Shown piece by piece: positions 38,062 to 49,906 of a stretch of 64,000 nt of DNA. The first letter of the stretch is position 1; every line of letters starts with the position of its first letter. The notes under the pieces are model-generated. The model worked only from the letters and a program-made list of their open reading frames with translations, did not search any database and had not been told where the DNA came from. Source of the DNA: Lytechinus pictus (Eukaryota); the NCBI RefSeq assembly GCF_037042905.1, contig NC_087248.1, forward strand, positions 23,374,001 to 23,438,000, given 5' to 3'. Both the position numbers and the translations under genes were made by a program.

Positions 38062-41000
38062 ATGTAACTAAACAAGGTCCTGCTCAACTTGTGAATTGTC
38101 TCAATGAAACCATGACCTAAATATCCTTATTACTAATCTTTCTCACACTCACACTCATTCATTCATAACTTCATTCATTCCTTCATTAATTAATTAATTA
38201 ATTCATTCATCCATCCATTAATCCATCCATCCATCCATCCATCCATCCATCCATTCATTCATATGACAAGCTACTCACGTAACTAAACAAGGTCCTGCTC
38301 AATAACCATAACCTAAATATCCTTATTACTCATCTTTATCTCATCATTTTTCTTCCTGTTTTACCCTACTTTTCTTCTTCACCTTCATTATCTCCTATTT
38401 CTGTCAGAGTATATTCATAATTGTTTTACGATAGGCCGGGAACAAAATGAGTATACAAACTATCTCTAAAATTTACATAAACATACATATAACACCAGCA
38501 TAATGAATTATGATATCATAACTGGAAATATCCACACAGTCACATACCTCAGTATTTCAAAATCCTTCCAAGATAATTGGTACTATTCCTTATCGACAAT
38601 CCAAGCTAGCGGACATCCCATTAATCATAGATAACCGTAAAACCGAGATCTCTATTCACCGCGGTCTTCATAAAGCGTTAACGTTTTGCTTCTCTTTTAC
38701 GTTAGGCCCTGCCATCGAGACGTTAGATCACTGGAGTCAATGAGGAGGGTCGTTAATGACTGGTGCTCGAGCGAGGTAAATCAATTACGCAGCCCGGCCT
38801 CATCGACGCGAGTATCCAATGCAAACAGGTTGGGTTTGACCAGCAGACCGATGGCTGTCTTTCTTTCTCGATGGTGATCTCTTTCCATATTTTGATTTGC
38901 GGACCTCTCACCTTTCCTTCTTGTTCTCGGAGAAACCAGACTGCCATGGATACGAGGATCAGTGTTGGAGCAACATCCACTCTGCATCTTTCCCTCCATC
39001 TTCTTATCACTCCCTCGGGAAAATCTCTATCTCCCCCTCTTTCAGCTCATCACTGTTTGCTCTCCTTTTCCCACTCTCTCTCTGTCTTTCTTTTCACCAC
39101 TCACCTCCATTTCTTGTCTGTCTGTCCGTCTCTCCCTCTCTCACCATTTCTTTCTCTTTATGCTCTATGAATCATATGACCCCGCCCCTTCCACATGCTA
39201 TGTATTTCTTCCGTCACTTTCTTTCTCCCTCTCTTTTCTTTTCGATCAACCTCTCTCCACCTCTTACCTCTGTCCCTTTTCTGTTATCCCCTCTCTTTCT
39301 TTCTCCCTTTCATCCTTGCCATGCCTGTCCATCTCCTTCTCTTTATGCTCTATTAATCTGGCACCATACACCACCCCTTCATTATATATCTGTCTTGAGA
39401 CAAGTACTCTATGACATTTAAATTCCTATGATTCATTTTGGAGATACGTTTCTCTTCAGCTAGCTCTCGACAAAACATTCTTTACTCAAATCTAGTCCTT
39501 TTTTATTAGTTTTTTTCTGAACTGATATTGTCAGCTTATACGCTACATCCCTCTCCCCCTTCTTACCCTTTCTCCCTCTTTCTTTCCCCACCCTCTCCCT
39601 TTCTCTATCATCCTCTCCCTTTCTCTATCTCCCTCTCTCTTCCCCTCACTCTCTCTCTCCCCCTTACTTACTCACTTCCTTCTCCTCTCTTTCTCTCCCT
39701 CTCCAATCCCCTACCCACCTCAGTCTCTTTCTCTCTCTCTCTCCCTGTATCCTCTCCTCTATCTATATACCCCCTTTCTCTCTCCCCCCCCCCCTTGTTC
39801 TCCCTCTCTCTCTCTCATTCTCCATCTTAACAGGCACTCATCTATCCCTTGTGTCCCTTACGGGTGTCAAAAGTAATCCCGCCATTTCTGGACAATTTGG
39901 CACAAGATTTCATCTTCTAGAGAATCGTCCCCGTCATAATCCGCTATCAGAGCGGAGTCAAAAGGTGAAACAGTGGACTGCCTTCAATTGACTGATTGAC
40001 TTGAAGCACATAACACTCACGCTTGCCAGCTAATGAGTGCTGTTCACATATTGCACAAGATATACACGTACATGTACCACAAATTTCAACCCGGAACTAG
40101 TACCAGAATTTTCTTTCCACCTTACAAAAGGGATTGACCACCAGACTCGAATCCAAATTAAGTCACCAGCCAAAGTTATCTGGAACACTGATAAGCTCAA
40201 TACAAGTTTAGAAGAAAATCTAATGAAAATTTTTCTATAAAAAGTAACTTTTTTCCTATCTTTTAATTTAAAAGCACATACGGTACATAAATTTGTATGC
40301 TTCTGAAATATAAACTCTTCCTTAACACAGTGAAATTGCTGTTTACTATATAAACATTACAACAGCTGTCTTTACAGTTTAAACAAGTTTTTGAAATAAT
40401 GAATAACAAAGTTTAGTTTTTAATATTTAATTCTAAAAATTTCAAGCATGGTTGTTTAATAAACAAATAAGGTTTATGTAGTAAACAGCATTGCATAAAC
40501 TTTTAAACAGCTTTTTTTTAATGTGTATACCAACTAAAAATATGAAGATAACACATTTAACTAACAGAGATATAAGAGTACTTTGAGAACATATACTTTT
40601 GGAATGCTGAGAATTTCAAGAGAGATTGCATTGAATGCACATATCATGGTCCAGTGAATATAAAACTTCAAACCTCATTTTCTTCTTGTCATTTGAACCT
40701 CTTCATGATAATTTTCTATATTCAATCAAGACAATCAAATAATTATGGGTTATTTTTCATCACTTTTTACAAGTTGTTATCAAAAGTATTATCTGATTGT
40801 GTATTGTCAATTAATTTTTCCTTTGCTAATTCAAACTTTGTCTAATTTTAATAAAATTTTACATCTTATATTTTCTAGCAAAGAATCTGCAAAGACTTTA
40901 ATATAAACTTAACACCAACTTATTCTGTGTTTTGAGTCAAGCAGGTTATCTGATTGTTTCCTGTATATCAATTTAATCTTTGCTTTTTTATACAAAATAA

Positions 41001-41315
41001 CTCTAATAATGAAGCTTCCATGTGATAAGTAACCAGCATGGACGATTAACGTGATGAATGTCAATCATGCAAGTGTGAATAAAATGAATACACAATTAAT
41101 TAATATAGCTAATGAGCAAATGGTGCCGTGGTAATCTGTAGCGATCCAATTAAAGCCATTGTCTGCAAATGGGAACCATGATTGATCCAAGTCGCAGGAG
41201 TGAATTGAACAACATAGCAAGCGACGGAGCATGATCAAATTAACAAGTTCATCAGAGCCTTTTTTGTTCAATTTTTTTTATAGTTGAAAAGGTATCTAGA
41301 AATACATTCATCGCT

Positions 41316-41470
41316 GGGGCCCCGTCTCATAAAGAGTTGCAACTGTTGTAACTTTGCCACTATGCAACTACCATGGTAACCTCGATTTTGATTGGCTGCT
41401 GAGCCCTGTGGCCATGGTAGTTGCCATGACAAAGTTACATCAGTTGAAACTCTTTATGAAATGGGCCCTA
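41316..41470. mobile_element. Short CCAAT-containing palindromic MITE (relatives at ~4255-4395, 36945-37100, 42348-42508, 50300-50590, 52490-52630, 62795-62945)
   Basis: gggccccgtctcataaagagtt / aactctttatgaaatgggccc with a central gattggctg. Confidence 0.75.
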
Positions 41471-42963
41471 GGAGAAAAATATAGAGGTTAGAAAAAAAAT
41501 TGAAAAAATGAATTCATCAATAATATCTTCAGAACTTGAATGAAATAAAAAACTTAACAAGCTTTCAAATTCAAGTCTTGGATGAAAATTCGACACAATT
41601 TTTTTTTTCACATCACGTAGGGGGAGGTAATAGCTGATAACTATTATGTGTTTCCAATAAACTCAGATTAGTCTCGCAAAAAACAAGGGAAAATCCAGAG
41701 ATTTTGAGTGTCTTGGAAGTTTCCTAGAAATAAGGACACGTGTTGACGTTAGTTGCTAGGCAACAGGATGAAGCAGCCATCTAAGCGGTTGTTCACCCAT
41801 CACAATTATCATACATGTATTAATCCTATCCAGATGGGACGTGAAAGAGACCTTACTTTTCCAAAAAAAAAAGGATACAGCTGAATACAAATAAAAGTAT
41901 ACTGATCAGCTCTGATAATCGTATCTAGATGGATCACTATTGCCTCAAAGATACTTGATGAAAAAGAAGTCTTCATTAATTGCTTTGATGCCTCCATGAT
42001 AGCAAAATATCAGATCTTCAAAAATACTCTTTTTTAGGCCCCTTATTACACATGGATTTGTGCATTCACTGACTGACACACACCTGCCTAATAAAGTTGA
42101 TGAATTATTTACTGAATTATTTTATAGTTCTCACTTACTTCTGATTATTCCACTTTTATATAGCGCTTCATATATCAAAACGGAGTCTCTTACTGCTTTA
42201 CAAACCCATCACCTCTCTTGAGTTTTGGGGATAACTGAACTAGTATAATTTTAGGTTGTACTATTAAAAATAAGAGGTAACTAGGTAACTCCTGGCCTGA
42301 CCGGTTGCTGTCGGACCAGTAGAGACATTTAATTCAAGTCGAGCTCTGGGGAGTGTTTCACCAACCAATTAATTTTCACCAAAAAGTTGTGGAACAACTT
42401 TCCATGATTCTAATTGGTTGATGAGCACCGTAACCATGGTAACTGTGTGATGACACAGGACTTGTCGGATCAAACGCCTAACAGATTCTTTCATGATACA
42501 CTCCCCTAATCTCCAAATGCAAAAGAGCTAATCTAGTCTGTAATCACATGCCTCTAGGAGTGAAAGTAGGAACAAATCCCTTTGGAGTGAACTGTACCTC
42601 CTCATAGAGTGAATTATAGCTCCTTCTGGAGTGAACAGTGCATCTGTTTAGACACTTTCACTACAAAAAGAGGTAAAATCTACTCAAGAGAGTGCAAATC
42701 TCACTCGAAAATGAGTGAATTTGTCTCACTCCGAGAAGAGTGTGTTTAGGGACTGGGTGGGTGTTTCATAAAACTGTTTGAAAGTTAAGAGCGACTTTCA
42801 GAACGACTGGTGAACCTTTCTTACATTCTAAATATTCACCAATGAACATCATTTACCACAAGAAAGGATCACCAGTCGTTCTAAACTTACGATCGGCTTT
42901 ATGAAACAGCCCCCTGATATGCTATTTTGCATTTAGTAACAAAACAAGGTGGTATAGACTTAC

Positions 42964-43056
42964 CTGTATTTTTTTCTGAGCTCTATGAAGGCACTTGTGT
43001 TGATTCCACACAAAGGGGGCAACCACTGTCCACCGTCTCTCTCTTTTCTTGTACAT
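42964..43056 (-). CDS. Candidate internal first exon (coding part)
   Basis: Perfect donor CAG|gtaagt. aggATG opens MYKKRERRWTVVAPFVWNQHKCLHRAQKKIQ (31 codons), ending in phase 0, which is in frame with the 10654 acceptor. Sequence is non-repetitive. Confidence 0.3.
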
Positions 43057-44866
43057 CCTCCCTCTGCTTCTTGCCTTGACAGAGATTTTCCACAAGGTCC
43101 TCCAGGATTGCTGGCCGGCGAATGTCACAGAGCAAAGGTACACAGGTTCAAATATTTCACAACATTTGCAAGAGAACCGCCGATTTCAACCGCTGCAGAA
43201 AATTTGTTCCACCAGCAATGTATCTGCAGTTGTTGCCAACAAGGAAGCTAGTTTTCTAGGTTTTTTTTAACTATCTTATTTTTTGCTTGTTATAAGCTTG
43301 TTTTTAGCTATTTTTCAGCTTGTTTTCAACTTGATCACATACACCATCAACATGGAATGTCCAAATCAAAGTTCTCCTGAATGCAAGGCATATCCTTGTT
43401 CAAGAAGCAAAATAACTTAACCCATTACCTACAGGAACTTGGTGATACTTGTACAAAGTTTAGATAGGAATTGCAGAACTCAGATGTCACAGGTTAAAGG
43501 TGTAGGCATCCACAGATCCAACAGCTTGCACACTGCCAAAAACTTTCACTTTGCACTTGATAAGATGAAGACACGAGTCTGATGCTTGACAGGGCTGATG
43601 CTTTCGAATAAAAGTTAAATTGCATTGGTGAAATAATTCAGAAATTTTGATCCTCATGCAAATGAAATTCGGCAATTTTTTTTTAATGCTCGACATCATT
43701 TGAGTAGAAGTACATTTCAAGGCGTTTCAAAATGCTGTACTCTGATTATCATAATGTACCTCACTGCCACAAAGAATGCTACCTTTCACTGAAAAGAAAA
43801 TCATGAAGCATCTGGCCTGTTTGCCTTTCTTTTTAGATCTGGCCTCTGTAACATATAAGATCATTGTTGCACGTGCCTTTGGTTAAAAGCCGAGGGGAAT
43901 CACAAAACACAACGGGAATCGTACATTAGTCACATCAGTTCTACAAATAAACCTGGAGAGTATTTCATCAACAAGTTTGTCCACGAGTTGTGGGATCTGA
44001 CACTCTTCCTTAATTCTGATAAATTGAGAAGCACAGTTCCTACAGTAATCAGCGGATTAAACATATTTTGTTGGATAGAACATCAGACTGGGTTCTTGTC
44101 TTTTCCAGCAACTCAAAATGACATGATCCATTTTTTAAATTGTTGGATAAATAAACGAACAAGTCCTTACATGAAATGTTCCCCCTGGTTTTGATTCTGG
44201 ATTATACAATACATAAAAATATTATATTAACAAGAATACTTCATGATTTAAATGAAGAATTACAACAAGAGCTCTTCATGATTTACAGGGTGCACGTTAG
44301 AAATTGTATCTAACATTAACAAACTATTCAGTTTTAAATCATCTGTATCCATCAGTTCTATTTACTTCTCAAACACTGGCCTAATCCGCCTCGGAAGACT
44401 TGCAGGAATCCTAGACGACACTATTATCAAACCCCTCACAGAGGAGCACCAACATAATCTACGGGGATAAGGGTAAGAAGACACCAAAGCATGGAATTAT
44501 CCGTTGTCATGGATACCGCTCAACTTACTTTGTCGCATGCAAGGTAGATCAAATTTCTGCATATGCTTGAGAGATTCCGGGGGGGGGGGGGGGCCGGTAA
44601 GGTAAAGCTTAGAGACTGATAATAGGATTGAATTTTACGACTGATCATACACAATATTCAAACAATCAGTCGTAGAAGTCAGCCCGCATATCAATCGCTA
44701 AGCCTTATGTTACAGAGCCCAGATCTCCTTGGAGTGACACGTCTCGAGCGAGCTCACCGTGGTGCAGGATTTACAGAAATCTGAGAGGAAGTTAGTGACA
44801 AAATACAGGAATATACATGTACCTTGAAGGACAGTAGGAAATGACCTTGCCAATCGAAGATGTTAA

Positions 44867-45449
44867 AGGAGAATGAAACCCTTGAAACCAGCTGAATCCA
44901 TATCGAAGAGAAAAATCAAAGAAACATATTGTTGAAAGTTTGAGGAAGATTGAATGAATAATAAGAAAGTTATGACCATTTGAATATTGAGATCACTAGT
45001 GCCATGTAGATCTTCCCATCGGCAATGCGACCAAGATCTGTGATATCACACACGTACAACTCCCTCATTACTTTAGTACTTATTTCACTTATATTCTCAC
45101 TTTTATAGAGTCTATCACAAGGTGAGGTGTTCTCTTTATAAGATGACAAGTACAGAGGTTTCACAACATTATATCATTGATGAATCGTTTGTCATATGAT
45201 TAGAATAAGCAAAAAGAGATTTTTTGGGGTATATTTTCAGTGTCCAAATGGGAGAGTTGTACGTGTGTGACATCACAGATCTTGGTCGCATTGCCAATAG
45301 GAGGATCTCCATAGCATTAGTGATCTCGACATTCAAATGCTCATAACTCTTTTATTGCTAGTCCTATTTTACTCAAAGTTTTGTTGATCTTATTCTTTGA
45401 TTTTTCTGCTTTCACATAAGCTAACTTGCTTCAAGAGTTTCATTCTCCT
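44867..45449. mobile_element. Kolobok-like fold-back MITE
   Basis: ttaa|aggagaatgaaac ... gtttcattctcct|ttaa. Inverted arms of about 195 nt include caatgcgaccaagatctgtgat.tcacacacgtacaactc and its complement. Confidence 0.85.
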
Positions 45450-48400
45450 TTAAGAAAGTTGGGATTGTTTGTTCCTCTAGAGATCATTCAATCTTTATCT
45501 TCATTAATCTTTGGCAATAACAAATGAAACCCCCAGAGAAAATTCCAATGCTAAGAACATACTAAGAACCTGATGCATAGTGTGTTCACACCGGGAGTGG
45601 AACTGTTGAAACGCTCAAACTTAACAGCGTGAAGACAGACCCATGGTGGAACCGTTTTAAAGCAGAGCAAAGTTCCAGCTGAAGAAAACGAGTCGAACAA
45701 TTCCATCCATTTACCAGTGTAACTTAGTTACTGGAGAATTAATCGTTGAAGAATAGCAGTTTTTTTTTAGTCCAGAAGAAAATACTAAAATGTATTTATT
45801 GGTGGGAGGCATCAGTTTCAAAGCATTATTATCTAAACAATTGATCCAGAGCAAAAAACATAGAATACTTTCAAAGATCTGTAAACTGGTGATGAATAAG
45901 AGATGGCGGAAAATGGAATATCCAAGAAACATTTTCTGGCATTCACAGAAACCATAAACATTGACACATAAACCAACAAATAATGGCAAATCGACTTCAA
46001 TCCAATAAAGGCTGGAATTTCAAACTACTTCAACAAGACTTACTGCAGGTGAAGACGGCAGAGTCTTGAGTCGAGAACTAAAATGAATTTGTTATTTTTC
46101 ACTCACAAGAACATTGCCCCGGCTAGCATCAACCATGTGGGATCACGATGGCTTTCTGGATGATAATTAGTATTCACTTCACAATGGAAAGTCAACTCGA
46201 TGGAATGATATCCACAAAATAAGACGGCCCTAGGGCTAGTTTCTTCTCCTTTTCTCTTCCCATGCCACGCATCAGCCGCGTAACATTATGCAAACATTCG
46301 TGCTTAGCAAAATTCCCTCTAACATACTGTACTAGCATGTACATATACCTTACAAATGTGCCGACAGAGGCTGCGATTGTTCTCCAGCGGAAAGAATGCC
46401 TTTATGTAGACCTTTGCAACTATAAAGTAGTGTTCGTGCAAAAAGGGAAACATTTGGGGTCATATTCAGGATAGAATTAAAAATAGACTTTTCACGTTGT
46501 CCTTATGTACACATCATTCAGATTACGAAATAAGAAGGGATCAATTCATCGCTCGCTAGTTGGGTGCCTCGTATTTTCCACACATGGTATCGTATGTCTT
46601 CAACCAGCGAATAGCTAAAATTGGGTCCAAAAAGAGCTCAATAAAATCATCAAATAACAAAGAAAATAATCAATATAAAATTAGTAGGTTCTCATAAAAA
46701 AGGGACAGCAATTGGCATGCTAATGCTTTCTCATGTCATATCACCCCATCAGTTGAACCTTTCCAAAATATAGGGGACAGATATTCTAGCATCAAATAAT
46801 CTATCAAACTACAAGAATAATGAAAATTGTTATTAATATTTCAATTTACTTAATTCCTGCCATATGGGCAATACAAAGACAAGGCTTCGAATTCCTCGCC
46901 AGAATTTTCTGATCATTTCATATTCATAGGTATTGACTAACGCAAGACATCTCAAGTACTCGTAATGCACTTGACGTGCTCCGCATATCTTCCCCTCTAT
47001 TAAGACCGGCTGGTGGATAGGTTGAAAGAATGTTGAACTCGCTCTTGAATCCAAGGTTTGATGGGAAATACTCGTCTGGGAAGCAAAGTCCATTGGTCAG
47101 ATAGAGTTACGAATATCAGTTCTTTTTAATCAAAAACTCGAGTTACAGATGAGCTCTGGGATAATTATTGGGCAAAATGGAGTGACAGTCATTTTCCAGT
47201 TAACAAACGTCACATTTCCGTTTCTAAAAAACTTCAATTCCGTTTTGAACTTGATCTAAGATGAAAATTCCATTTTGTCATAGAAATGTACACAGCAGAA
47301 ACTGGATTCCGTTTTGCGAAGGTAAATTCAATGAATTGCTACATAAAAAGTTTATAAGATTTTCTGTTTTGATTTAAAACAGAAAATCACCGTTCCTAAA
47401 ATGCAGAGCAGGGATATGGCACAAACAAATTTCCTTCTTTATATTTATACCTTTAGCTTGAAAGTCGTAAAATACTGTAGGAAGGAGACACGTTCAGCTG
47501 TTGTTATTGTACCTGACTGCGTTAATGCTTTTTAGTTAGCAACTAGAGGACTTACTGCTTAAGGCAGTCTTCAAGGGACGGAACAATTACGATTAATGGC
47601 TCACGTAGTAACAGGTGGATCAAAATGGTTTGAGAATTCTAAATCAGCTACCTCCAAGTTTACTCTCATGGAGAAAGACCAGGATTCCAACACCAATCCA
47701 ACACTTTCAAATTCTTCATGACGTCTCACCAAACCCAAGTAAATCATTTTAAAAGCAGCTCCATTGGTTCTACAGATATTAGAGAAGGTGAGGAATTGAC
47801 ATTAGTGTATTCATCTGTGTAGCCACGTTTTCCTTCGGCAAAATATTTGTCCACACTGTGCTGCACTCAACCCAGGAGAGATGAATGGGTAACCGGTAGG
47901 ATTAATTCCTTGTTTGCACCGAGTGCTGCTGAAAGAAGTGGTAGCTCGAGCTAACGGTTGGGTAATAAAAGGTGCACTTTCCATCCTCTGGCCAAAAGTG
48001 CAATATAAATCCAGCTATTATAATTACAATAGAAGTAATAGTCTTGTAGTCTCAACGTAGATCTAAGAGACAAAAAGAAAAATAACCGATGTCAATATCC
48101 CACCTTTGGGTGAAATTTGATTCCAAGAATTTCATCAGAAGCTTTTGTATGAACATCTATCAGCCATGAAATAAAAAGCAAGAGAAGGCGTGGATCTAAG
48201 ATCTGGACGCAGATCTAAGAAACAGAAGAAAACGATCGATGCCCTGATCCCAATTTGAGTGAAGAATTTTATTCATAGACATAAATGTCTTACATCCAGA
48301 GTATATGTAGAAAATAAAATGAATTGTCACTTGCGGAGTCTACCTATTAATTGCCAATCAACAATAGGTCTCAAAGGACTCCAAAACCGCCAACTAGTCC

Positions 48401-48521
48401 ATTAGAGATAAACAGACAAACAAAATATATAAATGTGCCTCGGGTGACCAAGAAATATGATAATATGATATTTAAGATCGTGTTTTGCTTGCCATGAAAC
48501 AGCTATCTGTAGCTAACTAAC

Positions 48522-48676
48522 CATGTGCGGGCTGCCGTCGACGACGCTAAAAAGGTACAATTTGATATTTGACCCGTGCCGCAGGCTGAAGAAACATCGT
48601 CAAGAAAATTTGACACGTCTGCGGCTGGTGAACAATGGGAACGAGAGAGCGTGGGGAAAATAAACCAACGTGGCAT
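48522..48676 (-). CDS. Candidate internal first exon
   Basis: CpG-rich unique patch. gaaATG opens MPRWFIFPTLSRSHCSPAADVSNFLDDVSSACGTGQISNCTFLASSTAART, open up to the donor ATG|gttagt (phase 2 in this frame). Confidence 0.2.
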
Positions 48677-49384
48677 TTCCCACTTTTTGCGTTTTTTCCT
48701 CTCCTAGTTTTTGCGACATCGGGATGTTGTTCATGACCATCCGGAAATGATCGGGTGATGTTTTGCTTCGAGTCAAAGTGGAAGTTCTTTTCAGATTTTG
48801 AAGATGCTCTGATGTGAGATGGAACAAGGTGGATCCTACCGAAAACACCACAATCCCGTCATTCAGGGAAAAACTTTGGAAAGCTCAATAATGTCTAGTA
48901 TGCTCGCAATTCTCGTATATCACATTAAAATCAACTTTACACTATCAAAAGAGCTCCAGACACCATTGATACAATGAATAAAATGATACATTCCAGCATT
49001 ATAGAAAGAAGTTGAAGATGTCTTCACTGTTACCACCCATACCTCAACTGCCCAAACACCATAAAAGCAAAACACAACCTCTTTTAGGGCCAATTCAGGG
49101 GTGTTGCTTGGCAGTGTCTTGAGATCACGGCACAGAATAAACCTGAAAGATTTACCTCAAACAAGAGGGAGTGGGATGGATGAACAATTGACAAAACAGA
49201 CTGGAAACGGTGAAATATTGAGGAGAGATGATGAGGAAAGCACATTATAGTAATGGGAACTTTCACAATAGCCTAGAAGAGGTGTCATTATGGGATAATC
49301 AAAATGGTGATGGATTTTGGAGGGGGAGGAGAAAGGAGGGTAGGTGATTAAGGAAATGGGTAACGAGCTGAGAGGGATAGTTAC

Positions 49385-49608
49385 GGTGATGATGATGGTG
49401 GTGATGATGATGATGGTGGTGTGGTTGTGACGACGACAATGTCGACGACGATGATGATAAAGGCGAAGATAATGATGATGATGATGATGATGACACAGTG
49501 GTTCCAATGACAATGGCGGTGATGATGACAGTGGTGCTGATGATGGTGAAGATGATTATGATGATGATAGGGATGAAGGCGATGTTGATGGTGGCGATGA
49601 TGACGGTG
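49385..49608. repeat. (GAT/GGT)n microsatellite (similar at 20676-20785, 11450-11680, 33785-33910)
   Basis: Visible trinucleotide repeats adjoining an assembly gap. Confidence 0.9.
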
Positions 49609-49906
49609 NNNNNNNNNNNNNNNNNNNNNNNNNNNNNNNNNNNNNNNNNNNNNNNNNNNNNNNNNNNNNNNNNNNNNNNNNNNNNNNNNNNNNNNNNNNN
49701 NNNNNNNNNNNNNNNNNNNNNNNNNNNNNNNNNNNNNNNNNNNNNNNNNNNNNNNNNNNNNNNNNNNNNNNNNNNNNNNNNNNNNNNNNNNNNNNNNNNN
49801 NNNNNNNNNNNNNNNNNNNNNNNNNNNNNNNNNNNNNNNNNNNNNNNNNNNNNNNNNNNNNNNNNNNNNNNNNNNNNNNNNNNNNNNNNNNNNNNNNNNN
49901 NNNNNN
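49609..49906. other. Assembly gap
   Basis: Run of N. Confidence 1.

Noticed and set aside
43420-43445. Possible recursive splice site ttcctgtag|gtaatg on the minus strand
   Set aside because: The pyrimidine tract is short and the motif is not distinguishable from chance without nascent RNA data.
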